The position numbers and the translations under genes are program-made. The notes beneath the pieces are model-generated. The model saw only the letters and a program-made list of their open reading frames with translations, ran no database searches and had not been told where the DNA came from. From contig NC_058374.1 in assembly GCF_018350175.1 (NCBI RefSeq), positions 131,564,001 through 131,628,000 on the forward strand: DNA of 64,000 bases, given 5' to 3'. Below, piece after piece: positions 26,362 to 49,830 of the stretch (position 1 is the stretch's first letter; every line of letters starts with the position of its first letter). Source of the stretch: Felis catus (Eukaryota).

Positions 26362-27917
26362 ATGGCTGATGCGCAGAACGTCTCGCTGGACGGCCCGGGG
26401 AGTGTGGGGGCCGTGGCCGTGCCTGTGGTCTTTGCCATCATCTTCCTGCTGGGCACAGTGGGCAACGGGCTAGTGCTGGCCGTGCTGTTGCAGCCCAGCC
26501 CCAGTGCCTGGCAGGAGCCGGGCAGCACTACGGACCTGTTCATCCTCAACCTAGCGGTGGCCGACCTCTGCTTCATCCTGTGCTGCGTGCCTTTCCAGGC
26601 CGCCATCTACACACTGGACGCCTGGCTCTTTGGGGCCCTCGTTTGTAAGACGGTGCACCTGCTCATCTACCTCACCATGTACGCCAGCAGCTTCACGCTG
26701 GCCGCGGTCTCGGTGGACAGGTGCGCTGCATCTGGGGCCCGGCTCGGGTGGGCTGAACAGATCTCTTAGGAAGGAGCACACCCCGCCAGGGTGCGGTCAC
26801 ACCTGCTTTCGCGGTTCGACACTTGGGGTGCAACCCAGGCTCACTCTCGAGCTGACGACCCCCCCCCCGGGGCAAGCCCCTTCCCTCCGAGCCTCTAAGC
26901 CAACCCGGCTAGGGGCCAGGCACCGCTCTAAGCGCCTGGCGTGTGGGTTCCCTTCACCCCCGCAGTCCACCCTGCTAGGCTGGTCGCGCCGTCGCTCCGG
27001 CCGTCCGGACGCGGAAGGCCAGGCCGCCGGCCCAGAGGTGCGGCCGCAGCGTCCACGCGGGGGCCAGGGCGCGGGTGTGGGCCGCCCGCCCTCCCGCCTG
27101 CCCCGCTGACCCGGCGCCCGCCCGCAGGTACCTGGCCGTGCGGCACCCGCTGCGCTCGCGGGCCCTGCGCACGCCGCGCAACGCCCGCGCCGCCGTGGGG
27201 CTCGTCTGGCTGCTGGCGGCCCTCTTCTCGGCGCCCTATCTCAGCTACTACGGCACCGTGCGCTACGGCGCGCTGGAGCTCTGCGTGCCCGCCTGGGAGG
27301 ACGCGCGCCGGCGAGCCCTCGACGTGGCCACCTTCGCCGCCGGCTACTTGCTGCCCGTGGCCGTGGTGAGCCTGGCCTACGCGCGCACGCTGCGCTTCCT
27401 GTGGGCGGCCGTGGGCCCCGCGGGCGCGGCGGCGGCGGAGGCCCGGCGCAGAGCCACGGGCCGCGCGGGGCGGACCATGCTGGCGGTGGCCGCGCTCTAC
27501 GCCCTCTGCTGGGGCCCGCACCACGCGCTCATCCTCTGCTTCTGGTTCGGCCGCTTCGCCTTCAGCCCGGCCACCTACGCCTGCCGCCTGGCCTCGCANN
27601 NNNNNNNNNNNNNNNNNNNNNNNNNNNNNNNNNNNNNNNNNNNNNNNNNNNNNNNNNNNNNNNNNNNNNNNNNNNNNNNNNNNNNNNNNNNNNNNNNNNN
27701 NNNNNNNNNNNNNNNNNNNNNNNNNNNNNNNNNNCCGGGCGCCCGCCGCGCCCACCGCCGCGTCCGCCCCGCCACCGCGGGCCCTGCCGGTTGCCCCGGG
27801 GACGCCCGGCCTCGCGGCAGGCTGCCGGCGGGCGGCGGCCGGGGCGGGGGGCCCGGGGAGGAGCCCGCCCGCGTCGGAGAGGCCGGGCGAGCCTCGTCGG
27901 CCCCGGGACCGGAATAA
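26362..27917 (+). CDS. GALR3: Galanin receptor type 3 (class A GPCR), 2 coding exons; TM7/helix 8 inside N-gap 27599-27734
   Basis: Exon 26362-26720 ([43 protein letters not shown]...NLAVADLCF...AAVSVD) and exon 27128-27917. The intron splits the DRY Arg codon (AG|G). TM6 has CWGPHH and the C-terminus ends GPE*. The frame is preserved across the gap at its stated length. Confidence 0.96.
27599..27734. other. Assembly gap (136 N) in GALR3 exon 2
   Basis: N run in GC-rich coding sequence. Confidence 1.
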
Positions 27918-27918
27918 A
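27913..27918 (+). terminator. Probable GALR3 poly(A) signal overlapping the stop codon
   Basis: The last codons read GAA TAA A, which forms AATAAA. Confidence 0.6.
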
Positions 27919-28521
27919 CCCGGTCCGCCTCCACTCTGCCGGATGACCGTCTTTCCGTCATTCCGCTGCCCCCCAGGGCACGACGGCGACGAGGGGACGC
28001 GCCAACGCCAGGGGTCCTCTGAGACGCACTGGCCGAGCTGGGGCCCCAGCCCCCGTGGACGCCCCTGGGCGGTGAAATTGGGTCACCCCCGCGAAGCGCA
28101 GCCCCCTGGCCAGGCAGCCCCCAGACTCTGTCCACAGCCGGTCTGGCGGGAGGGCCGTTCCTCTGCCCGCCCTTCCAACCTTCTAGGCCCTGCTTCCTCA
28201 ACCACCCTTTGCCAAGCCGCTTCTCCCTTCCAGGCTGCGTGGCCTGGGTCATGTATCCCTAGCCGCTGATTTAGCAAAGAGTCGTGAAGCATTTTCTGTA
28301 CATCTTACGCGGTGCTACGTTCTTCAATCTCGTTATCGAAGCAGCTTTGCAAGGTAGATACGTAATTAGTTCCCTTTCTGCAGATGTAGAAACCAAGAAT
28401 CAGAGAGGTTTAGTAATTTGGGGGGGTCTGTCTGAGTCGGTGGAGTGTGTGACTCTTGATCTCGGGATTGTGGGGTGGAGCCCCATGCTGGGCGTAGCAA
28501 TTACTTAAAAATAAAATCTTC

Positions 28522-28539
28522 AAAAAAAAAAAAGAAGAA

Positions 28540-28576
<37 letters not shown>

Positions 28577-28589
28577 AAAGAAAGAAAAA
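28522..28589. repeat. A/(GAA)n/(GAAA)n microsatellite from a SINE tail
   Basis: Seen directly in the sequence. Confidence 0.9.
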
Positions 28590-29821
28590 GGTTTAGTGAT
28601 TTGTCCAAGCTCACATAGCTAGTGTTTGGCAGAAGTTGGATTCAAACCCACCGCTATCTAACTTTTTCTGCTCAGTGGAACGGCCTTCTCCACTTTGGGG
28701 GCCTCGGCTCTCAAGTTTCCAAGGTTTCCAAGGTTTTCCTTGGTTCTTCCTGACTCCTGATCCTGCATCGGCCCTCTTCCCTAAACCAGCAGCTCCCACG
28801 TTTGACTCGATGTCTGGAAATCTCAGAGAGTTCCCAGTCCTCTTCTTTGGGACAGTTCTGTTCAGTACTCGGGCCGGCAAGTCCTGATGGGCTTGTCCCA
28901 GCTACCGAGTCCCAGGTCCACGGCCTGACCCAAGCCCCTTGCATTATTTTTTTCAGCCATTTGGTGCTCCCAGATCAGGTGAGAAACGGAGCCCCACTCA
29001 GGTCCCAGCTGGCCTCCCAGCAGTCCCGGCTGCCCTGTGGCCCCCACCCTCCCATCCATGCACACAGCAGGGTAGTCGGTGACTGTGGAAACCTCCTAAT
29101 TAACCAATAAATCAGTCCTGACGGTTGCAAAACTACCCAGTTCCCTCCCTCCCCCGCCGCCTCACCACACGCCAATAATATATATTAGCTTCAGGCTGAG
29201 GCCTAAGATCTTAACGGCCTCCTCGTCCCCCTGGCACGCCTCCCGGCTGCCGGGCACCCTGGGAAGGTCCCTCAGTGACAGTAGGCGGCTGCTGAGTCCT
29301 CCTCGCTGCCTGCCACCTGCCGCAGACCCAGGGGTCAGTGTCGGTCACCCTTCACACGGGGAGGCTGAGACCAGCTGGGGGAAGTGGCTGCTTCAGGGGC
29401 CCAATCGCAGGGGCCTGACACCTGGGCCAGCGTCCCTTCTCGCACATGTCTGCTAAGGTTCCCACGGCTGACTCAGGCCACAGCAGTGGGAGTGGCTCCG
29501 GGACGGCAGGGGCGCCATGCTGCCTGCTTCTGCAGCACCCAGCACGGCCTCTACCTCCCTGAGGCCCTCACTCACAGCTCCGCTGGCTCGCCTGTGCCTC
29601 TCAGACAAGAGATATTACCTCCCTCTTCAGAAGGGAAAACCGAGGCTCCAGGAGACGAGGTGGCTTGGTCAAAGTCAAATGGCAAATTCGCGGCAGAGCT
29701 GGGATCCTAACTGGGCCGGACAGAAGGCTCTCATGGCAGGCCAGGCACTGGGAGAACATCTAAGACTATCTGAAGTTCGCCGCGAGACAATGGTGAGTGC
29801 CTACGGAGGAGAATGGGGAGA

Positions 29822-29981
29822 GGGGCGCCTGGGTGGCTCAGTCGGTTAAGCGTCCGACTTCGGCTCAGGTCATGATCTCGCGGTTCGTGGGTTCGAGCCC
29901 CGCCTCGGGCTCTCAGCACAGAGCCTGGAGCCTGCTTCAGATTCTGTGTCTCCTTCTCTCTCTGTTCCTCCCCTGCTCGCA

Positions 29982-30012
<31 letters not shown>

Positions 30013-33000
30013 AAAAATAAACAAAGATTAAAAAGAAATTTAAAAAAAAAAGTGTCTGACTTCCACTCGGGTCATGATCTCGCTGTTCGTGAGTTGGAGT
30101 CCCGCGTCGGACTCAGCGCTTGGGATTATCTCTCCCTTTCTGTCTCTGACCCTTACCCGGTTTGCTTGCTCTCTCTCTCTCTCTATCAATCCATAGAAGA
30201 GGAAGCCCAGAAGCCCCAACTAATGGAGGACAGTATAGCCCGGACCAGAGTAGGCACAGAGCAGGTATTTGGATACTTGAAGAAGAAGATGACCTTTTCC
30301 TTCCTTCTTTCCTTTACCCCCCAAACATTTAAGTGCTTTGCCTAAAGAAAGCTATGCCACGAGGGGGAGACAGAGAGGGCAGGACTTTGACCTGGTCCCT
30401 GCCTTCCAGGAGTTCTCAGTCTAGCTGGAGAGCCGAATATCAAAAGAAGAAACAAGAGCACCGCGTGATGGGGCCAGAACAGGAGAACACCCACAGTTCT
30501 GAACGGGCGCAGAGGAGGAAACTCCTGCCTTCCTGAGCAAGCCAAGTAGGAGTTCCACAGGAGTTAATACGCATTTAATTATCCCATGTAATATGCATCT
30601 TCCTAAAAGAAAGGTGAAAAGGGCCTGCCAGGTGGAGCAACAGCCCATGCCAAGGCCGGTGCAGCTGGGAGCGGTCGCGGGCTTGCGCAGCCGAAGCAGG
30701 GCAGGGTGAGGCCTGGGAGGCCAGGAAGCTGGGTGCAGTGAGATCCCGCAGCCTCCTGGGCCAGCTGGGGAGCAAGAACTTCATCCTTCAGGCAGGTGGT
30801 GATGCCATTGAAGGGTTTCAGGACGGGCCCCGTCAAGCATGTGGTCAAATAGCCCCCAGCGTTTCTGTGCAGAGGCTGGGCTAGAGAGGCCAGGCAGACA
30901 GCAAAGAGCACAATCCAGGGGGTGCTCCGCGAGCCCCTGGCCGGGGAGGTTGCCGCCAAGGGCCTGGCCTAGGGCTGGGAAACTGTTTTGCCCTGGATTT
31001 GGCAGGAAGATTGGCGGCCTGCTGCTGGGCTCGGGCCTGGCCTCGGAGGCTCCCGGGTCTGCTTCAGGGGGCTAATGAAATGCTTGGAAGATAGTCGTAG
31101 GATTTCGGTTAGGAGAGAGCTGTGAGTCCTGTAGGGCCACAGGCAGGCGCCGGGGGCTAGAGGACAGGCTGAATGAGCCCTGGCCATCCTCCGAGGCCCA
31201 GAAGAATCCACCAACCCGAGCCCCCTGCAGGATCTCAGGCTGAGCCTGAGGCAGCCTGGGGGTCCTGGCAGGAGCTTAGTTGGAGGGAGGTTTGAACTCT
31301 GCAGTCTCCTTCCCTTCCTATTTGTGCAAACCTCTTAGGGATGGGCCCGCAGCGCTGATGCCTTAGCGCCTGCTAGGCACAGACTTCTTCTGCCAGGAAA
31401 AAAAAAAGGCAGAAGCATGGGGGTAGGGGGGAGCCCGGAAGACCGTAACCCGGCTTGGGCAAGCAGAGAAGACTTCCCAGGGGAGCTGGTGCCCAGGCCA
31501 AGTCCTGAAGTGGGAGTTAATTAGGGCAGATGGCAAAGGGAAAGACGGAAGAACACACATGTGCATGGGCCACCCGGAGTCAGGCACAGCGTGAGGGGCC
31601 ACGGTCCTGGGACAGGGTACGGGGGAGCCTCAGCAGGAAGGGAGGTGGGAGAGGTGGAGACAGTTGCAAAGGATTCTGTAAATGTTGTCTGAAACTGAGG
31701 CTGCCCTTTGTCCTGAGGGCAACAGGGAGCCACCGAAAGGTTGTAAACAAAAGGGTAAATTTACCAGATTTACCCTTTAGGGAACTTTCTGGCTGCAAGG
31801 CAGGCTTTCAGGGGGGTGGGGGCAGAAGGGGGGGTGGGGCAGGGAGACCAGTGGGGAGACTGGTGTGAGAATCTGCATAGATGAAAGCATCCAAGATGTT
31901 GACAGTGGGTAAGGAGGTATGGACAGACAGGACAACCACTTACAAGGTACAGTCATTGGGACTTGGTGACTAAATGTTGGGGGGTGTCCCAGATGACATC
32001 CCGGACTTCTGGCTTGGGCTACTGGGGGTGGCAGTGGGGATAACAGGGGCACAGGCTTGAGGGGGAAACGTGCTGAGACTTCAGGGCCATGGGGGGGGTA
32101 TGGTAGGGGGTGTCCACAGGGCACCTGCTACGCTCAGGCCTTGGACTTGGCCCTGGATTGTGTCTCATCTGCTTTAGAATTTGGAGATGGAGAAACTGAG
32201 GCTCAGAGAGATTAAGTAACTTGCCCAAGATCACAGAGCTAGCCCCAAACAGAGCTGGGTCTGCCTTGGGCCTGATTTCGGTTCCACGGTCTTTAGAGAG
32301 AAGAGGCAGGAAGGGGTTGGCTGAAGCAGAGGGAGGAACCTGAATGTGCAAAGGTGACCCCCAGCCTCACCCCGCCCTGTGTAACAGCTGTAGCCAGGGC
32401 TAAAACTCGGTCCTGGGGAGGGTGGGCGAGGTGAGGGCCCTGGCACAGCTACTGAACCCCTCACCCGGCTTCAGGCTGGCGGGAACAGCATCATCTATCA
32501 ACTTCGAGGTGTGTGCCTGGGGACATAAATGCCAATTAACCGCCCGGAGACTTCCTGTTAATGAACATCAGTTCCTCAGCCCTGACACAGGGCTCATTTG
32601 TGAGCCGCTGGCTGGATCCAAGGAGGCACGAGGCCGGAGAAACGGGCGGTGCAGGGGTGGGATTGTGTCCGGGGTGAGTGGACAAGACTCTGATTTATGG
32701 AGGCATCTGCTTACCGCCAGGTTGTTTTAGGGGCTCAGGCTCTGTGTAGGGGTGATACCGAAGCAGGAGGAGGGGTGGCGTGGAGGGATGGGGGGGCAAG
32801 GGTACCAGCTTGGAGTACCTGTGACTTAGGGGCCATTGGGGGGTATGCTAGGGGGTGCTGGGGAGGGTGCCAGCCCGAGCATCTCATGGACCTGCCAGGT
32901 CCAATCAGAGAGGCGGCACAGCGCAGGGGTCAAGGCCCGGACTTTGAGGGGCGCCTGGGTGGCTCAGTCGGTTAAGTGTCCGACTTCGGCTCAGGTCACG

Positions 33001-36000
33001 ATCTCGCGGTTTGTGAGTTCGAGCCCCGCGTCGGGCTCTGTGCTGACAGCTCAGAACCTGCAGCCTGTTTCGGATTCTGTGTCTCCCTCTCTCTCTCTCT
33101 GACCCTCCCCGTTCATGCTCTGTCTCTCCCTGTCTCAAAAATAAATAAACGTTAAAAAAAAAAAAAAAAAAAAAAGGCCCGGACTTTGAGCCACACTGTC
33201 AGGTTTGAATCCTGCCTCCTGCACTTCACGTCTCTGACCTCTCTATGCCTCGGTGACCCGCAGAACTGAGCTCTGTCTGAGCCAGGTCCCAATCGAGGCA
33301 GACCACCCTGGGGTGCTCACTGGCTGCTACCAACTGTATGCGACGTTGTCAGGGCTTCCCAGGCAGGTCCCCGTCTCCAGCACACCCCTCACCATCGAGC
33401 TGAGGAGGCACGACTTACCCACCTGTGCCCCTCTGGGCGCGCTGACCACCAAGTGCTATCCTCCCAGGCTTTCGGAGTGGGAGAGAGTCACCAGGCTGGC
33501 ATGGACCAATCACAGGGACAAGAGGACACCCTGGTGCCTGGGCTGGGGCTTCGGGAAAGATGCCTTTGCTTCCCTGAGCCTGTTTCTTTATGTATAAAAC
33601 GAGGTGATCATACCTCCCTGAAACGCTGAGGCCTCAGTGTTCACTTGAGAGCGAGCCAGTGTCCGGGGGGTGGGGGGGTTGGGGCTGTGTGTGATTCCCT
33701 TTGGGAGGCAGAGCTGGGGCGGGGGCAGGGAGCCAGGGACTTTGTTGGGATTGCCCGGGCATCAGTCCAGCTTCCTGACCTCCTAACCTTGCCTTGGGCT
33801 CCATAGCTGAAGCAGTCTGGGAAGCAGACTGGTAGGAAAAGGGCCAGACCCTCCCTACACCCGAGACTGGTCATGGAGACTGAGATGTCCCCTAGTAGGG
33901 ACCATCATCCGTTCATCCCGACTGAGTCCCGGGGGACACGGGTGGACATTGGCACTTTGGAAACCTTGGCAGAGATTACGTTAGACCTGGGCTGGGCCCC
34001 GGCAAGCTACTTTCTCTCGCTGAGCCTCAATTTTGTGCATCTAGAAAATGGCGGCAGCAATATGTTGGCTATCTTACATTTTCTAGCAAACACTAAATCA
34101 AAGGACTTGTATTAAGGGCCTGCTGGCACGTAGTAGGAGCTCAGCCAATGTCCTCGCCCTTAGTTTTAGGAAACTCTGCTTCCGAGAAGGCCTTAATTTC
34201 AGGCATGGTGGAAACAGTGTGAGCGCTGGGGGTGGGCCCAGGTTGGAGCCCAGCTGCCCAATTGGATCCCTCTGGCAAAGCCGTATTTTTTCCTCGCCAT
34301 CAAAAGCAGTAGCAAGGCTAGTTATCTCGACGGATGGCTGTGAGAACATGTGAATATTCTTCTCCAAGCACTTAACCTCTGTTTGCCAGGGTTTTTGTCC
34401 TTTTGTTCACTGCTGAATTCCCACCTAGAACATTGCCTAGACCATAGCCAGTGTTCAATAAGTATTTATTTTATTTTATTTTTTACATGTATTTATTTTT
34501 GAGAAAGAGAGACAAAGCGTGAGCGGGGGAGAGGCAGAGAGCGAAAGAGACACAGAATCCGAAGCAGGCTCCAGGCTCTGGACAAGCGGTCAGCACAGAG
34601 CCTGATGCGGGGCTCGAACCCACAAACTGTGAGATCATGACCTGAGCCGAAGTCGGACGCTCAACTGACTGAGCCACCCAGGCGCCCGGCAATAAGTATT
34701 TCTAACGTGAATGAAACGTGAGGTATAAAGCAAAGGACCCGACCCCGAAGGTGACATCAAAGGATATGGATTTCTTCTTTCTGCCTGCCCCCACATCCTC
34801 CCCTCTTCCTGCTCCACAACCCCCCACCCCGCCCCTGCCTGCAACTCAGTAACTCCCAGAGCAGCCGGTAATAGAATTAATGCCTGTGCCCCGTAACCTC
34901 TGCAGAGTTCCCCATCCTACCCCCCCTGCCCAGCTCAGCCAGCTTAGGGCCCACTTGTGTGCTTTCTGACTCACGCCAATGTCTGGCGCTGACTTTGACT
35001 GGCTGGCTCTTCAGACAGACTTGGGGTTGCAGACATTTCCTGGCTGGAAATGGGGTGAGGCAGATTGGCCGACTGCCTAGCGGTCTGGCAAGTGTTTGAT
35101 GACTGGCCTATCGGGCTGGGGAGGGAGTGGACCATAGCCCCTTCACTCGTCCCAGTGACCCATTCTCCTGGTTATGTGGCTACAGGGCCAGGAGTGGGTG
35201 GGTGAGGCCAGGAGGAGGCCAGGAGGATGCATCCGGCTCTCCAGGTGGGGATGGCTTGGTCCAGGCCAAGGACTTTTTAGGAGTCAGCCAGTGAGTCTCT
35301 GTCAGGCTGTTCTAGAAACACCTGAAGTCATCTCAGGGCAATTTCATAAAGTCCCAGAACCCTCCACCCTCTCAGCTCTGCCAGTGCAAAGCAGGCTGCC
35401 CTGGGAGATGGCTGGTCTCAGAAGTACCTAGGTACCCAAGTACCTAGGATGCCCTTGGCAGGTCTCCTACCCCTTTGCTCCCTAAGTTCTTTTTTTAAAT
35501 TCTTTTTTAATTTGTATGTGTTTATTGTATGTATTTATTTTTATAAATTTTTTATTGTTTATTATTTTTGAGAGAGAGAAAGAGAGAGACTGAGAGCAAG
35601 CAGGGAAGGGGCAGAGAGAGAGGGAGACACAGAATCGGAAGCAGGCTCCAGGCTCTGAGCGCTCAGGACAGAGCCCCACGCGGGGCTCGAACTCACAGAC
35701 TGCGAGATCATGCATGACCTGAGCTGTACTCGGCCGCCCAACTGACTGAGCCACCCAGGCTCCCCTAAGTGGTTTTTTTTTTTTTTTTTTTTTAATGTTT
35801 ATTTGTTTTTGAGAGAGAGAGAGAGAGAGACAGAGTGCCAGCAGGGGAGGGGTAGAGAGAGAAGGGGACACAGAATCGGAAGCAGGCTCCAGGCTCCTTC
35901 CTAGCTGTGAGCGCAGAGCCCAGCAGGAGGCACCAACCTAGTAACTTCGAGATCGTGACCTGAGGCGAAGCGGCACGCTTGACCCGCGGAGCCACCCAGG

Positions 36001-36006
36001 CGCCCC
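29822..36006. mobile_element. Scattered Can-SINEs at about 29822-30190(+), 32948-33175(+), 34465-34688(-), 35490-35765(-), 35773-36006(-), with L2/MIR remnants between
   Basis: SINE consensus motifs; TSD AAGGCCCGGACTTTGAG around 32948-33175; MIR core GGAGAAACTGAGGCTCAGAGAG...GTAACTTGCCCAAG near 32190. Confidence 0.8.
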
Positions 36007-36499
36007 TGCTCCCGAAGTTCTGTAGCAAGGGTTCCTAACTTTTTCTGAGTGTGGACCCTGCTGCGAATGAAAGCTATGGCCACTTTTATCGGAAACACAC
36101 ATGCACACCCTTCACACAAAATCTTGCGCAGTTTCTGGGGGTTCGCGCCTCTCCGAGAGCCCATTTATTGAACCCCTTAGCCCTGAAGCTGACAAACAGC
36201 TTCAACTCTCTCCAGGGTGATCGCCCCAGGGGTAGGGTGTGGTATGGAGGCCCAGAGGGGCGGGTCCCAAGAGAATGGGCCCACTGAGTTTGAGGTCCAT
36301 GCCCTCCCACCCCTGCCTCCCCTTTTGCCTTGACCCTCTCATGCCCAGCCCCACCCCCGGGCTCATGGGCCAAGGGGTTTGTGTGTAGGCACCAGCCCCA
36401 GCAGCGCCTCTAGTGAGGGCAAAGTCAAACGTGCTCCTGGACCTGAGTGGGCAGGGTTCCTCAGAGGCAGAAAAGCCGCCCACCCTTGTACTTCTCGCT

Positions 36500-36915
36500 C
36501 TCCCCTCTCCTCACTCCGCCCCTCACTCCTGGCCTTTCACAGCGCGCCCCTCCCCTCAGCACTACAGTTCCCCTCAGCACCGCCCTTCCCCACGGCGCCC
36601 CGCCCCTAGGCGCGCCCCTCCCCTCGGCACCGCCCACCCCAACGGCGCCCCGCCCCTCGGCACCTCCCTCCCTCCCGGCTCCCCTCCCCTCGGCGCTCTC
36701 CTCCCCTCAGCCCCACCCACCCCCACGGCGCCCCGCCCCTCGGCCCCTCCCTCCCTCCCGGCCCCTCCCCTCAGCACCTCCCTCCCTCACGGCGCCCCGC
36801 CCCTCCGCGCGCCCCTCCCCCTCAGCACCGCCCCCTCCCCCCGGCACCCCTCCCCTCAGCGCACCCCTCCCTCACGGGGCTCCTCCTCTCAGCACGCTCC
36901 TCCCCTCCCTCAGCC
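36500..36915. repeat. C-rich degenerate minisatellite (about 15-17 bp units such as ACGGCGCCCCGCCCCT and CAGCACCTCCCTCCCT)
   Basis: ACGGCGCCCCGCCCCT recurs near 36592, 36642, 36725 and 36789; the minus strand is strongly G-rich. Confidence 0.85.
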
Positions 36916-37494
36916 ACGTAGACAAGCAGTCCGTTTACTCCGCGGCAGCAGCTTGAGCTCCGGGGAAACTCGTTCGCTTCATCGGCCCCTCGCTCTCCCC
37001 AGTCTCGGGCCTAGCACGCTTTCCCTTCCCCACCCCTGCCGTCCTGGTGGGGCTTCTCCTCTCACAGGGTCCTGAAGGCGGTCCCCAGCCGGTATCTCCT
37101 ACCCACACAGATCTTTTCTCTTCGGGGCCTGGGGAGCATCTGGGCTCCGCGGGTTCAATTCCGATCCGATCAAGCTGGGCTTTGGGGGACAAGCTCCCTT
37201 CTGAAAAGTAGCCAGGGCCCCGGTGAGGTGAGAGGGCAAACGGGGCAGAGCCAGGGTGGACGTGGATGGTGACGGGAGGGGGGGGGGGGAGTCTGTCTTT
37301 ACTCTGCAGTCAGTGCCTTGGAGAAGGCCAGGCGGTGCCTCCCCCCCCACCCCGCGTCCCCCCTTTTGTGGCGGACCCCTGCCGTGAGGCGCCCTGCCTT
37401 CGGCGTGTCCACTGCCCACAACGCGGGCTGAGTCTGCTCCTGCAGGGGCAGGACTGGGGTACCTCCCTTACAGCGAGTCCTGCGCCTCCTCGAG

Positions 37495-37958
37495 TGCCTC
37501 AGTCTCCCGAGGCTGCAGCCACAGGGAGACGTCCACAAACTTGGTGGCTTAAAACAACACACATTTATTCTCTTACAGTTCTGGCGGTCAGAGTTCTCAA
37601 ATCAGACTCACTGGGCTAAGGTCAAAGTGTCAGTAGGGCTGGCTCCCTCAGGGAGATCTGAGGGGAGCATCTCACTTCCTTGCCTTTTCTGGCTTCCGTG
37701 GGCGCCTGCGTTCCTCAGCTCTGACCCCTTCCCGCTGTGTCTCCTCCGTCCTCTCTGACCTGCTTTCCTGTCACTCGGGTCCCTGCGATTGCCTCAAGCC
37801 CACCTGGGTAATCCAGGAGGGTCGCCTTGCCCAAAGACCGTTAATTTAACTATGTCTGCAAAGTCCCTTTTGCCCGATAAAGTCATGTTCACAGGTCCCT
37901 GGGGATAAGAACGCGGCCATCTGGGGCGGGGGAGGGGACCTCTATTCAGCCCACTACA
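37495..37958 (-). mobile_element. MLT1 (MaLR, MLT1C-like) solo LTR in the ANKRD54 3' UTR
   Basis: CCACAAACTTGGTGGCTTAAAACAACACACATTTATTCTCTTACAGTTCTGG...GGTAATCCAGG...TCTGCAAAGTCCCTTTTGCC...ATTCAGCCCACTACA. Confidence 0.8.
37564..37569 (-). terminator. Probable ANKRD54 poly(A) signal inside an MLT1 LTR
   Basis: First minus-strand AATAAA (plus-strand TTTATT) that I find after the ANKRD54 stop, about 1.05 kb downstream; immediately followed by TGTGTGTTGTTTT. Confidence 0.6.
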
Positions 37959-38619
37959 ACTAGGCTGCAGAAGGGACCACTCCGCCTGCTGGTATTTCAA
38001 AGGCTGGGAGAAAAAGGGTGGGCCTTTTCTGCCTTGGGTTCAGCAGGGTCCTTCCAAGCCTTGTATCTCTAAGGGCTGGGCTTCACCAACCCTCCCTTCC
38101 AACCGGAGACACTCCCTGCAATGTCTCCTTGAAAGTCAGGTGGCAAGTCGAAATCTAACTGCTGGTGAGGGGTTCAGGGCCAGCCAAGAAGCCCCCGAGG
38201 GTGCCTGCCTTCAGCCCACACCCCGCTGGCTGTGACAAGCCCACGGCCCGGAAGGGACACAGAGAAGGCTCTGGGGCCTGCCGCGGGGGGCAGGGAGGCC
38301 GCGAGACGAGTGAGGCCCGCTAGGACAGCGCGTGTCGGCCGGAGCTCAGGTGTGGCTGCTGTGCTGTGGGAGCGGAGGGGGAAGCTGGGGGCTGTGGTCC
38401 CCGCCCACAGAGATGACAGAGACCGTGGCTGGGAGCGGCGCCGAAGTCACGGGGCCTCTGTGAGAGTGCGTCTCTGCCCCGTAGCATCTGGGGGCAAGGC
38501 CTCACCAGACACGTGTGGCTCCAAAGTCCCAGGTTCGGGCTTTTCCTTTGTGATGAGAGAGCAGCGGGGGCAGGGGGAGGGCGGCGGCGGCAGAGCAGGA
38601 AGCCTGGGAGCCTCTCTTG

Positions 38620-49830
<11,211 letters not shown>

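Noticed and set aside
26521-26541. RE1/NRSE-like GGCAGCACTACGGACCTG in GALR3 exon 1
   Set aside because: Mismatches at key positions of both half-sites (CAGCACC and GGACAG); explained by the coding sequence GSTTDL.
36540-36910. Repeat array superficially like CRISPR
   Set aside because: Degenerate tandem units without unique spacers, eukaryotic context and no cas genes.
36413-37075. Pro-rich 220-aa and 169-aa ORFs
   Set aside because: Direct read-out of the C-rich minisatellite; no splice or start context supporting a gene.
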